Source of the DNA: Vicugna vicugna
Taxonomy: Eukaryota
Assembly (NCBI GenBank): GCA_013265495.1
Contig: MU058844.1
Location: 2,645,520 to 2,709,519 of the forward strand
Reading direction: 5' to 3'
DNA length: 64,000 nt
The notes under the pieces are model-generated. The model was not told the origin of the DNA, did no database searches, and saw only the letters and a list, made by a program, of their open reading frames with translations. This document shows, piece by piece, positions 1 to 12,685 of this stretch. The translations under genes were made by a program, and so were the position numbers. Within the stretch, counting starts at the first letter, position 1. Every line of letters starts with the position of its first letter.

Positions 1-140
1 TTGTAGAAACAGTGGGCAAAACACACATTCCAAGAACAGAGGAGGGGTGAGGAGCCTCCAATTGCCCAGATCCAGCTCTCGGGTCTACCAGAGATCAAGT
101 CCTCGAGAGTAGGTCCTCCACCAACCAGCAATACCTAATA

Positions 141-347
141 CCGTTGATCCTTGAACAAAGTACTAATCCTCATGCAGTTGAAAATTTGCATGTAACTCTA
201 CAGTCAACCCTCCACATCCACACAGTTCCACATACAGGGATTCAACCAACAGTGGATTGTGTAGTACTGCAGAATGCATTTATTGGAAAAAATCCACATA
301 TAAATGGACCCCTGCAGTTCAAACTCATGTTGTTCATGAATCAAATG
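141..347 (-). mobile_element. Tigger2/MER8-type Tc1-mariner MITE
   Basis: Degenerate TIRs ccgttgatccttgaacaa ... ttgttcatgaatcaaatg, flanked by TA (139-140, 348-349). Internal gattcaaccaacagtggattg is typical of Tigger2 derivatives. Confidence 0.8.
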
Positions 348-484
348 TATTGTAGAGCACACAGAGCAGAAGGCATGCACAGACTGCTAGCAGGTGACAA
401 ATGTTGAGAGTATTAGCTAAAGATATGATCTCTTTATTCACCACTCCTCGCTACATAATCTGAAGGACTCATGCATATTACCCA

Positions 485-965
485 AGACAGATAAAAGAAT
501 GTTCATAGCAGGCTTATTTACCACAGGAAAAACTAGAAACAACAAAATTGTCTGTCAACAAGGGAATAGATAAATAAACTGTGATACAGTCACACAATTT
601 AATGCAAACAACTATGAAAATAAGCAAATTAAAATTTTGCAAATCAACATGGATAGCTCTTAAAAATGTTAAGTGGTAAACATAAGTTACAGAAAAAAAA
701 CCCAAAATGAAATAGCAAGTATATGTGTTGGTATATTTATATAATATAATATAATATATATTGTATATATATGAATAAGCACACACACACAAGGAGAGTA
801 TAAAAGCATGTATGGAAATAACAGACCTCTAATTTAAGATAGAAGCTACCTCTTTAGAGCTTGGGCAGGAGGGAATGTGGTCAGGGAACAGTACTACCAA
901 GGCTTCCTCAATTCCGTGGATATTGTTGCATTTCTTAAGCTGGGTATTATTTACCACATGCATTT
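485..965 (+). mobile_element. Old L1 (L1ME-like) 3' end fragment
   Basis: L1 3' motifs agaatgttcatagcag..., aaactagaaacaac...gtcaacaagggaatagataaataaactgtg and caacatggatagctcttaaaaatg. Confidence 0.65.
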
Positions 966-1029
966 TATATTATTCCTTATCTTCCTTGTTATGTATTGAA
1001 GGTTTTGTAATTCCTGTAAGAGCTACTGC

Positions 1030-1220
1030 ACTAGAACAAGCAAAAGATGACAAGGGCTTGAACTGTGGTATAGACCTAGGAGTGACAAAGAGAGAACTCT
1101 TATGAGAAATACTTAGATCAAATTATCAGAACTTGGTCATTAACTTGGAAAGAAGAGGTTTCCAGCTCAGGATCTCAAGTTGATAGTCTCACTAACCAAG
1201 ATAGGGAGTATCTAGGGAAG
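1030..1220 (-). mobile_element. L2 fragment
   Basis: aagatgacaagggcttgaac...cagaacttggtcattaacttgga...cactaaccaagatagggag resembles antisense L2. Confidence 0.5.
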
Positions 1221-2452
1221 AATATTAGGTAGCCCAGACCCCTGTGTCTCAGTGTGCATTTAGATTATCCAGTATTTTTACTGGCCGTGTTTCACTTTCA
1301 CTTTCTTGAGCAAGAATAACCCGAGTTCCTGGAAAGTTTATCTACAAGTCCTAGTTTCCACATGTATTTATATTACTGCATAGTAAAAATCCTACCATCA
1401 TTTTGTAGTGGAGAGCAAAAGATCAAATGGATAAAATATGGGTTTGGGTTTTGTAAAGTTAAAGAAATGACCATAGCAAGCCTGCTGTGGGGACAGGTGC
1501 CAATCTCAAATCAAATTACAATGGGATTCTGGGTTTTGTAGTTCCACTCAATCGCATGTTCCAACCTGGATTTAGTGCACCCTTGCCCATCTGAACTGCA
1601 AAAGACCTCATGAAACATTTTGGCCCAGACCTGCTGTGTCGGCATGTGGACAGCTAAGCCATTTCAGATAGGTGATTTTATGCTTTTCGAATGTCTGGCC
1701 TCTGAATCTTCTCCAAGTCCTCCATGCTCCACTTAGCCTTATATTGGTTTTGAGCTGGAAATTTTTTTTTTAACTTGGAGTATTAATTAATTTAAAAAAT
1801 TCCTTTCCTTTTATGGACCATCCAGTCTTTATATAGAGAATTTGACTGAGTTAATATAATTTGATTGATACAGAGAAGGAAATAATACCATTTAATATTT
1901 TTTAATGAATAACAATCCTTTAGAAGTTGAATTTAAAATTTGGTTGAATAAAGCATTTGATTGAGGTTAGTAATCATGTAGCAGTAGGGGGCTAGTCAGG
2001 ATAATAATGAGGAAAGGGGGAATAATGTTTCTCTATGTTTAGTACCAACCCAAATATTGTGGATTCTTCATTTCAGACCAAATTTAAATTGCCTTGTGGA
2101 GTTTGTTTACTCTTGGGCAGACATGACTTCCTGTTTCTCCAGGGGGAAAAACAAGCTTTGCACAGTCCTAAAATAATCTCATAAAGCTTTGGGGAACTTT
2201 TTTTTTTACTTTATGAAACATTTTGGAGAGTTAAGAGGATCAGAGGCATAAAAATAAATGTTAAATTTTGTATCTAGTAACATGAATTTTATGAGACTAC
2301 AAAATTTGTACAAAATATACAGTATCTCAAAAACTGATGAAAGAATTCTGAAATGAATATTAAACATGTATATGCAACATTTCTAACATATTTGGTTTCT
2401 AACTTTCAGTATATATTTTTTAAATATCGAGGGACACTATTTTCTAGAACTA

Positions 2453-2550
2453 CACCATAAGCTCCATGAGGAAATTGATGTTTGTCTTATTCATCAATCC
2501 ATTTCAGAGCTTAGCACAGTGTCTGACCCACTGTAAAAATTCACTGATTT
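2453..2550 (+). mobile_element. L2 3' end
   Basis: taagctccatgagg...tgtcttattcat...cttagcacagtgtctgac. Confidence 0.6.
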
Positions 2551-2609
2551 TCTATTACGAAAACCATGGGCTATTTTTATCTGTAACAATATACCATTTA
2601 TTCTTAATA

Positions 2610-2985
2610 TTCATTTTTTTATAAATGGTGCTGGGACAACTAGATATCACACACAAAAGAATGAGCTAAGCCCTGACTTCACAATAAATATAAAAATTAA
2701 CTTAAAATGTATTCAAAGACCTAATATTAAGAGCTAAAACTATAAGGTCCCTAGAAGAAAACACAGATACATATCTTCACGATCCTGAATTAGGCAGTGG
2801 CTTTTTCGATATGACACCAAAAGCACACACAACTAAAGAAAAAAAAATAAACTGAATTTTAGCAAGAGCAAAAGATTTCATGCTTCAAAGAGCACCATCA
2901 AGACAGTGAAAGTCAACCCACAAAATTGTATACTTCTAGTGGCTGAACTGTATAGTATATGTTATATCTTAACAAAGCTGTCAAA
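2610..2985 (+). mobile_element. L1MB-like fragment, ORF2 3' part joined to the extreme 3' end
   Basis: ataaatggtgctgggacaactagatatc...gatatgacaccaaaagcac...caccatcaagacagtgaaag, then directly gaactgtatagtatatgttatatcttaacaaagctgt. Confidence 0.75.
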
Positions 2986-3009
2986 GATATGAAATATTGA
3001 TCAATTTAG

Positions 3010-4500
3010 AAAAAAATGTGGAAGACTTGAATAGTGAATACTATAAAACATTATTGAAAGAATAAAAGAGGTTCTAAATAAATGAAGTGATACACTATAT
3101 CCATGGATTGGAAGATTGAATATGGTTAAGATGCTAGATGTTCTCTACTAATTGATCTACAGATTCAAAGATAACCCAAGTAAAACTCGAGGATGTTTTT
3201 TTGTTTTGGTAAAAATTGGCAAGTATAGTTTAAAATTCATGGGGAAATGCAGAGGAACTAGAATATCCAAACAACTTTGTAAAAGAAGAATAAAAGTGAA
3301 GAATTAACATAACCTGACTTCAAGACTTACTATAAGGCTACAGTAATTAAAACAATGTTATAGTCACATAAGGATAGAAGAAATAATAGAATATAGAATT
3401 ACACTCGACATATATATCCACTTAAGTTTTGAAAAGGGTGTACATGAAATTTACTGGGAAAGTGTTATCATTTCAACAAATTGGCTATAAATATGAAAAA
3501 AATTGAACTTGGAGCCATACCTTGCATGTTATATGAGAATTAATTTAAAATGGGTAATTGACTTACATGTGGAACCTAAAATTACTTAACAATAGGAGAA
3601 AACATAGGCTATAACATCAAAAGCAGGATGTATAAAAGAAAAACTTAATGAACTGGATTTCATTAAATTAAGAACTTTTGTCCTTTGAAAGATAAAGGGA
3701 AAAACATTTTTAGAAATCACATAACTGATAAGTGAATTATATCCATGATATATAAAAAAACTCAAAACACAGTAATAAACAATTTTACATGATTTTTTAA
3801 TATTTTATATTGATGGCAACTATGCATATGAAAAATATGCTTGCATCATTAGCCATAAGAAAAATGAAATTTAAAACCATGACTAGATGCCACCAGGCAC
3901 CTGTTACAATGCCTAAATTTTAAAAACACTACATATTAACTTATGATTAGTTTACAGGACTATGGAATCTTCATTTAAAAGCTGGGAATGTACAACAGTA
4001 TATCCAACTTGTCAAACTGTTACACAGTTTTTAAGGTAAACACATGCCTATCCCATGACACAGCAATTTAACTCCTAGGTGAAATAATGGAAGAAAAAAT
4101 GGTTATGTATGTTTTGGAAAGGACTTCTTCAATAATGTTAATAGAATCTTTGTAATTTCTCCTAAACTAGAAAAAAAAATCAAATATCACAAGAATGCAA
4201 TGACAAATGGTAATACTTTTATCCAATGGAGATCTATAAATCAAAATAAATATATAAATAAGTTACTGTCACATACAATGAGTTGGATGGATCTCCATAT
4301 ATATAAGAGCAAAAAAGCACATACAAGAAATGTGCTTAATGATTCTATTTGTACGGAGTTCAGATATTAGGAAAACTCACTTAAGTTATAGAAATTTAAA
4401 TGTAACCTTAATAGTTGACTATTGAAAGGGAATGGCCACAAAGAAACTTTCTCAAGTCATGGGAAGATTTTTATAACTATCATGGTTCCAATTTAAATGA
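3010..4500 (+). mobile_element. Old L1 (L1MC/ME-like) ORF2 3' half and 3' UTR
   Basis: catggattggaagattgaatatggttaagatg, cctgacttcaagacttactataaggctacagtaattaaaaca, cccatgacacagcaatttaactcctaggt; heavily decayed. Confidence 0.8.
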
Positions 4501-6189
4501 CATATGACTAAAAGCCTCAAACCCTTTGTTAGTACTCTCTTAAAGATATAAGAATACACAGGAAAATGAGGACAATTTGAAGTGCCAACAGTTAAGATAC
4601 AATGACTTATAAGAGCTGGAGGAAATTTTCATCAGCTCTAAGACAATGATACTGGATAGATAAAATAATCTGTGGTTGACTAAAGCTTCATATTCTGAAA
4701 CAGTGTAGTCATAACTGCCCCCCAAAGTTCTACTTTCTTCCCTAACAACTCTTTCACTGGTTGAAAAATCCAAGGATTATCACTAACTAGAATACTGGAT
4801 AGTTGTAAAGAAATAATTTACTCATTGGCATCAGATTTCCTCCACCATTAACAGAAATTTTATAAGTGAAAAGTCTATGACCTAATTTTAATCCTGGCCA
4901 AACTAGAATTTATATGCAATGACAATAAAAATCTAAACAAATATCCAAATAAATATCTAAAATACATAAATCTCATAAATTATGAGATTTGCAAATTCAC
5001 CTTAAAAAATTACTGTGTGAGACACACCAACAAATTAATAGATGTGTCACATTAGAAATTTAAGAAGGAAGGTTTTACTGGAAAGAATTGGTCATGTAGC
5101 AATTAATAAACCAAGTAAATAGAAAGTTAAGTCTAACAAAGTATGTATAAATATTGCAAGAAAGTCAAAGACTACCCAAAATAATCTATAAGAGCTTTAG
5201 GGTAAATCATAATTTTTAAATGAAGATTTAACTTTTAAATACACTATAATAAAAATGGATCATCTGTGCAGTTGTGTGCACATTTAACATTTTGTGTGTG
5301 CGTGAATATGTGTGGGTGTGTGTATACAGGAGGTAAAGAGAAAGAGAAAGGTATACTTCAACAAGCGAGAAAATTAAGGAACATTAAACTTATCATCTTA
5401 GACAGGAGTAATCTAATATACCAGAAAGTAAAAATTTAGTTAGCATATTCAGAAAAGTAAAATTTTCTTGTCAAAGGATAAAAAATATAAAATCAAAAAT
5501 TTGAGAAAAATTTCTTCTTAAGAAGAAAGCTAGTTTTAAAGAGAAGTTATAAAGCAATCCATAGAGATTTATTTTTTTCAGATGAAGTATAATTACTGGG
5601 CCTTATCTCCCAGAAGATTAAGTCAGACATTAAGGCACAATTCAGAATACATTTTGCTGTGCTTTATTTTTCTTCATGGATTATATCTTTTCTAAGGTTC
5701 CTGAAACACAGAATGCAGAAAAATAAAATAATTCACATATTTACTAAAAATCCTGTCTTTATCCTTTTGAAATAAAATGTAGGTAGACATTATATTCACT
5801 TCCATTGTTATGAAATACGTTTTGATGATACATGAAATCATAAAATATGGGTAATGGAAGATAAAATAAAACCTTGAAAGTTACTCCTGTGTATTCTTTC
5901 ACTATATATAATAAATTTGTGGAAAATTATATTTTTTTTCCTTCTTTCTGACTTCCTCTGGGTATTTATTCCCTACGCATATATAATCCAAGTGTAATTT
6001 CTCCAGATGATGAAGTGTTTTCTTTTGCTGATTCTCTTCCTCTAAGCTGAATAAAGTAAATACATATATATATGAGCGTGTGTGTGTGTGTGTGTATATC
6101 TATAGATATATGCCCTGGCTTCATTATTGGCCATGATAAGGTAACTATTGATGGACAATTAGTTGTCCTTCCACATATAACTACAAACC

Positions 6190-7270
6190 TGTATGAAGTA
6201 ACTGTCAGTAGCCATTGAACAATGGGCAGCAAAAGACCAAATCCCTGAGAGAAAGGAAATTCAAGGTTATTAGCTTGGTAATCACCCTGGATATTTACAT
6301 AGGGACAATTTCCTAATGATTGCACAGGAACTTAGAGACCAAGCAAAGAACAAAGAGCTTCTGAGCTGAAGAGGTGTACTTTAGCAGCTGGTACTGCTGA
6401 AGGAGTTGGAATCTTTGGGACGGGGAACCAGAGAAAAAGGGAGCAATATGTAAGTAGGGTTACATGGAGTTTACCCAGGAAAGTAAGATTAGTTTAACAT
6501 TCTAACATTAAAAGTTATATATTAACAGAATAAAAGATAAAATAATTTTGTCATTTCAGTAGATGCAGAAGATATTTTAAAAAATAGCATCTACTTACAA
6601 TAAAAACTTATGGGAAAACAGAAATAAAAGGGAACTTCTGCAAACTGATAACAGGCATGTAATAAAAACCTACAGCTAACATGCTGAATGGCAAACCATT
6701 GGCTGCTCTCCCTCTAAGATAAGAAACGAGGCAAACCTACTCCTCAGCATTTATTCAGGAAAAATAAATAGTAAGGCCCACAAAATCCCACGAGCATTAA
6801 TGTTTATGGCAACTTTATTTACATTAGCCAAAAACTGGAAACAAGCCAAATGCCAACAATAGGCAAGTGGAAAAAAGAAGTGTGATATACTCATAAAGTG
6901 ACATGATACCTATCAATAAAGAGCAATTAACTGATAACCATAATGGATGGATCTCAAAAATATTATGCTAAGTGAAAGAAGGCAGATATAAGAATAGCAT
7001 ATTTTTGTATGATTTCATTTAGATGACATTCTGAAATAGTTAAAGCCAATCCATAGTGACAGAAATAGTTCAATAGTTGCCTAGTGACAAGGATGAGGGG
7101 GGACTGATAACAAAGTGTCCAGTGGGAATTTTCCTGAGTGATGGAAATGTTGTATATCTTGACTCTGGTAGTGACTACATGGAGTCATACATTTGTCACA
7201 ACTAATCCAGCTCTACTCTAAAAATGTATGCCTCAACATTATAAAGAAATTATACCTAGATAAAGTTAAC
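6190..7270 (+). mobile_element. Old L1 (L1ME-like) mosaic: possible 5' piece, ORF2 piece and 3' end
   Basis: catttcagtagatgcagaag, aaaacctacagctaacatg, aatgtttatggcaactttatttacattagccaaaaactggaaacaagccaaatg, gtgatggaaatgttgtatatcttgac. Confidence 0.7.
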
Positions 7271-7439
7271 TAACAGATGTAAATATAAAGCATGCACTTT
7301 TCTGAACTCAAACATAAAAATTTGGTTTATTTTACCTTGATGCAATTATCATAAGAAACAGAAGCAACCATACTTTGTTACCTATTGGCTCTTGGAAAGA
7401 TCTTTGGGTCAGGCAGAAGAGGCTCTGTTCAGTTCTACA

Positions 7440-7660
7440 GGTAATTATTGGGTGTCTGCAATCTGTCTGGAATCATGCAAGAAATCCAGGACATAATAAT
7501 GCACAGGACATTGTATCCATAGAGTCTAATGAAAAACTAGGACACTAGGACATTCAGCAAGTAACTGAACATTACTAAGTTTCCACGAATGCAAACTAGG
7601 ATATTCCACAATGATGCTCTATGTAGGTAAAGTACACAAACCAACAGTCCTGGAAAATAA
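7440..7660 (-). mobile_element. L2 3' end fragment
   Basis: tattgggtgtctgcaatctgtctggaatcatgcaag resembles the antisense L2 tail. Confidence 0.4.
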
Positions 7661-7699
7661 TACAGGCTCAATAAATTGTAGTTTTAAAAATTATTAGAA

Positions 7700-8580
7700 A
7701 AATAAAAGCAAACAAAATAAAGTCCATATCGTAAAAGGAATAAAAAAATTTTATTTTTAAGTGATAGAACACTGTAAAAACAGTAGCATAAAATATATGA
7801 CAAGAAATGTGGCCCAAATAGATGGGCATATTCTTTAAAACTTCCAAAAAACAAATTATCATGTTACATAAACTTATAGAGAGTATAAAGTAGCAGGAAT
7901 TTCCTAATTCAACTTACCAAGCTGTTGTGACTCCAATACTAACACCTGATTAAGACAGCTTACAAAAGAGTAAACTAGAGTATACGTTGACCTACAAATA
8001 CAGATGTATTTATTCTATATAAATTATTAGTAAATCAATCCCAATAGTAAAATAATACAACTTGATGAGGAGAGTTTATTCCAGGAATAGAATAGTTCAA
8101 CATTAGGAAATCCATTAATGTTTTGCTTGACATTAATAATTTAAAGAAGGGGAAAAAAAGCTTATGATTATCTCTAAGGATTCCAAAAAAGCAAACGATA
8201 AAATTGAAGATCCATTTTGATTTTTAAAAGCTTTTAGTAAATTAGAAATTAAATATTACTTTATAATCATTACTTTCAATAATATAATTTTATGCTTAGA
8301 AAATCTGAGATAATCACTTGATAAATATCCAGAATACTGAGTGCTTCATTACAAATGTCTGCATACATGGTAAGTATATATTTTAAAATCATTAGTTATC
8401 TTTTGTGCCAGCTATTACTTATCAGAAAAAAATTAAAGGCCCAAAATGTAAATAACCTAAGAATAAAATTAACAAAATTTTCTGGGGACTTATAGGAAGA
8501 AAACTGAAAAACTTCATTTAGAAACTTAAAGAAATAAAGAATAGAGAAAAATAATATTACAGTGCTGAATATTTTCCAAA
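7700..8580 (+). mobile_element. Very old L1 ORF2 fragments
   Basis: gagtttattccaggaat...gttcaacattaggaaatccattaatg, ataaaattgaagatccatt, aataacctaagaataaaattaacaaaa. Confidence 0.65.
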
Positions 8581-9232
8581 GTAATTATTCTTCCTGGAAT
8601 TGTCATTGTTTATCATGCACTATATACTAATTTCTACCATTGTTTTCTAGCTCTTTCATAGGAAGCATCTACCTAGCTTTCAAAACCAAGAACAAAATTC
8701 TCCCCTTCCTAAATTTTTCATTAAAGTCTCAGTTATTCTATCTTCTGGTTTTCCACGGCCATTTCTCCAGGCATCCTAAACTGCTGCTGTTGTTGTTTTG
8801 TTGACAACTACTTTACATGCCTATTACTCTCTGTTAACAGAGGTCTTAACTGAGCCTAGAATATAGCTGGCATAGATAGTCAATACTTTTCTGCTGATTA
8901 AATATTTAGAACCTAAATCCATGTAAAAGCTTTCTGAATTGTTACTGGGAGCACAGTTTCATATTTCAGTTATTTCTGGAAATACTTAAAGCACAAAACA
9001 GATTATATTCTGTATAGTTTAAGAGAAAATGTTCTTACTTATTTTCAATTTTAAATGTGTAGATTTTTGACAATCACTCAGGGATCACCAGATTCAAAAT
9101 GCGTTCATCTAACCTACGTATAAAGACGGAACACATAAACCAATCACGTCTCAGTTTCCCCAGTCATGGAATTCAGCAGATTCTTTGACTTTATTTCTCT
9201 TCACAAAACCTTCATTGTCTCCCCATGCTTAC

Positions 9233-10125
9233 ATTTAAGATTCTATAGTTGCAGACTTCTGAGAATGCTCTGCCTTTGCCTATGTCTGAGTTCACCTGAA
9301 GATATGGAAGACAACTATTTACGTGCTTGAAACTTCCCCACTTCAGTGCCTCTCTGCCTCTGACCCCAAGGATTCCTCTGACACCAGCAGAGCTGGTTGC
9401 AGAGGCACCTGAAGGTCCTGAGGGCAACCATAAGCCAATGTTGTAGCCCTCCTCAGCCCGCCAAGGGACAATTCTAAATTCTCTGTCTTTCTTAGCTAGT
9501 TTTGCAGTGTTTTCACCTCAAAGAAGTCCTTGAGTAATATAAATTCAGTTTTTTTCTTTTATAAACCTAAATGAAATGTGTGACATTAAATCCATTGAAA
9601 ACATAAAGCTAAAGCTAGAACAGTACACCCTGTTAACCAACCTTCTACCCACACATGAACTACAGCACTTTAGGGAACCATATTTGGTTTATATCAGTGC
9701 AGAAGTAAATAGTGTCTAAAGTTTATACATTCCTATATATATGTAATATGTATGTGTGTACATTTACACAAAAATTTTAAAGACTCTAACTCCAAGAGTC
9801 AGTCTATTATTGTGTTAGCCTGCTTTGAGGCATCTTGCTATATTTAATGATGATTTTCATAGATAACCTATAAACTCAGAAGAATTTCATCCAACATATT
9901 TTAAATCTATGACAATAAATTTTGCATTTGGTGAAAATACACATTTCTGAATGGTGTCAAAAATGGGCATTGACTTACTTTTCAAAAGAACTTCTAACAA
10001 AATATCCCTAACTCTGTGTTCTTGAAGGCTCTTTTCCAGTTTCTTGAATTTTTTATAACATTGAATATTTTTTTGCTTTTGCCCAGTCAATTAATATTGA
10101 CAATGAGCCAACAATAGACTTCTTA
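9233..10125 (-). pseudogene. Two candidate pseudo-exons (10125-9979, 9295-9233) of an unidentified, possibly coiled-coil gene
   Basis: AG/GT boundaries with GTAAGT and GTAAGC donors; lengths 147 and 63 nt, both phase 1-1; each has one in-frame stop. No homolog recognised. Confidence 0.25.
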
Positions 10126-11229
10126 CTATTATAAATGCTTCTACTATTTGACAAAACTTAATATACATACTGTTTCTTAGAATTAAATTTGCCTCTATAT
10201 TTATGAAAAACAGACTATTCTTTCTGAAGTTTACAATGTTCTTTACACCCAGGTGTTGGAATTATGCTTTGGCATTTGAAAATATCACAAACTTAAAGGT
10301 TTTATATTTCTCCTTAAATGAGTATCTACTTTGAAAAATTTCTACATAAATTTATTATCAAGTAAAGCAACAGATTTAAGTCTAAATTATTTTGGAAGAA
10401 CAGAAAATACTCATTTATGTTAGTCACATTTTAAAGTTATGGACTATAATGTTTCACTAAAATCTGGGTGAATTATTTTGCAACTGCAGCAGATTATATT
10501 GTTTCACTTTTGTTTTCTTCCTCAGAATCATACGTGCTGAGTATTTAGCTCGATAGCCTTCTCAAAAAGGGGACCAATACAATGCCACTGTAGATTTGGG
10601 AAGATTGTATTATTAGTAACAATATTTTCTATGTAACTTCTAATAAAAGAGCACTGAAATATGAGAAGTTGGAAAATTAACAGGTATTATAAAGAGAACT
10701 GAAGGAAAGTGGATCTTCTCTTGGGTTTTCTCTGATATTGGACTATGTATCCTTCATGTGAACTATTCTTTTTTGAGGGCTATTCCTTTGGGCCTCCTCT
10801 ACCTTTATATCCTAGCAGCAGGATATGAAGATGACAGCCTCCATGCCAGGAAGGCAAGCTAGACCAGAGAGCTGTGTTTCAAGAAAGAAAAATACTAAAA
10901 AGGAAAGTTCCTGAAACTCTGTTTTTCCTCATTAGAGTTTTCTCATTAAAGAAAAGACTTTCTTTTTGTATTATTAATTACCATCCTTCACCTACTGTTA
11001 CGGTATTACACAATATCCTGAGGGTGAAGACTAGAGCATGGGAGGAAGTATCAGATCACTCAGTCTAACTCTAACCCCCACTTTAGGTGAAGACTGTAGA
11101 AGCCCAGCCTGACTCTCCAAAGCAGGAGACCACACAGAAACTTGGGAATCAAAGCCAAAGTCATAGGGCAATGTTCTAAAAGAAAATGCATAAGCAATTT
11201 ATCACAATTGTTTATAGACCTTTTTAAAA

Positions 11230-11350
11230 CTTAGAATCTTGAGTTTGATCTAGTGAATAGGTCATCTGAACAACAGACTCAGGGCGTTAAAAAAAAAAAA
11301 AAGACTCTGGAAATGATTCAGTTTTGTAGCCAGGATGGAGAATAACCGGT
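11230..11350. mobile_element. MER5-like hAT fragment
   Basis: gactctggaaatgattcagttttgtagccaggatggagaataaccgg resembles a MER5 end. Confidence 0.4.
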
Positions 11351-11759
11351 CTAGCTTATGATAAAAATGTGTATTTTCATTAAATGACATTTTCCCATGA
11401 AATCCATGGAAATTCCTACATAAAATTTCCATGAACCTGATATAATGGTACGTATCAGAATGAAATTCCATGATAAATCAGAATCTGATTTTGACATCAT
11501 TTTGTGTAAATGACTGACTTCTAATATTTGCCTAGAATTAGCCTGGATAAGATATATTATTGACCAGGTCTGGATAATAAAGACTGTACCTAACCTCACT
11601 TAACTAACTGCAAAAAATAAAAAGATGAAAAAATGAACTCTAAGGCAGCATACAACTTTAAGTTATATTCTGTTTTATATGTATACTTTTAACATAATAG
11701 TTGCATTATTTTAAACAAGGTATAAGTTAACTTTATTGCACTTTAACCAGACTTTTCTG

Positions 11760-12424
11760 CAGCATGGAGATTCCTCAAAAAACTAAAAACAGAGTTACCA
11801 TATGATCCAGCAATCCCACTCCTGGGCATATATCCAGAGGGAACCTTAATTCAAAAAGATACATGCACCCCAATGTTCATAGCAGCACTATTTACAAGGC
11901 CAAGACATGGAAACAACTTCAATGTCCATCAACAGATGACTGGATAAAAAAACTGTGGTATATTTTTACAATGAAATGCTACTCAGCCATAAAAAATAAT
12001 AAAATAATGCCATTTGCAGCAATATGGATGGAACTGGATATTTCATTCTAAGTGATATAAGCCAGAAAGAGAAGGAAAAATACCATATGATTCACTTATA
12101 TGTGGAATCTTAAAAAAAAAAAAAGACAAACTAATTTGCAAAACAGAAACAGACTCTCAGACATACAGAACAAACTTGTAGTTACCAGACTGAAGAGGGG
12201 TGGGAGGGAATAAATTAGCAGTTTGAGATTTGCAGATACTAATATACATAAAATAGATAAACAACAAGTTCATGCTGTATAGTGCAGGGAATTATATTCA
12301 ATATCTTGTAATAACTTATGGTGAAAAAAATATGAAAACGAATATATAAACGTTCATGTATGACTGAAGCATTGTGCTTTACATCAGAAATTGACACAAT
12401 ATTGTAAACTGATTATACTTCAAT
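11760..12424 (+). mobile_element. Young 5'-truncated L1 (ORF2 C-terminus and 3' UTR), camelid-type
   Basis: ttaccatatgatccagcaatcccactcctgggcatatatcc; ORF 11863-12051 peptide WKQLQCPSTDDWIKKLWYIFTMKCYSAIK matches the L1 ORF2 C-terminus. 3' UTR ends gaaattgacacaatattgtaaactgattatacttcaat, followed by an (AT)-rich tail. Confidence 0.95.
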
Positions 12425-12576
12425 TATATATATAATTTTATATACATATATAATATGCCTTATCCCTTTATTCTCATTTAGGATGCATTTTTGTTGTTAG
12501 TATTCCATTGTACTTGCATATAAAATTTTTATTTCATGTCTCTCCTGAGTCAGAAGAGTCAAGGGCAACAATGACA

Positions 12577-12685
12577 ATGGTAACATATAATTTATTGTCA
12601 AAATTGTGACATTATTAATATTTATGCCAGGACTACAGGTGTAAAGTTAAACTATGCCAGACAACTGGAACATGCAGTTATCTTA
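12577..12685 (+). mobile_element. MER94-like hAT-Blackjack MITE
   Basis: ggtaacatataatttattgtcaaaattgtgac...tattaatatttatgccaggactacaggtgtaaa matches the recalled MER94 consensus with CpG decay. Confidence 0.7.

Noticed and set aside
5966..6325. Longest ORF in the track (119 aa, minus)
   Set aside because: It runs through an old L1-like piece and a (CA)n/(TA)n tract (HTHTHT), so it is not a credible single-exon gene.
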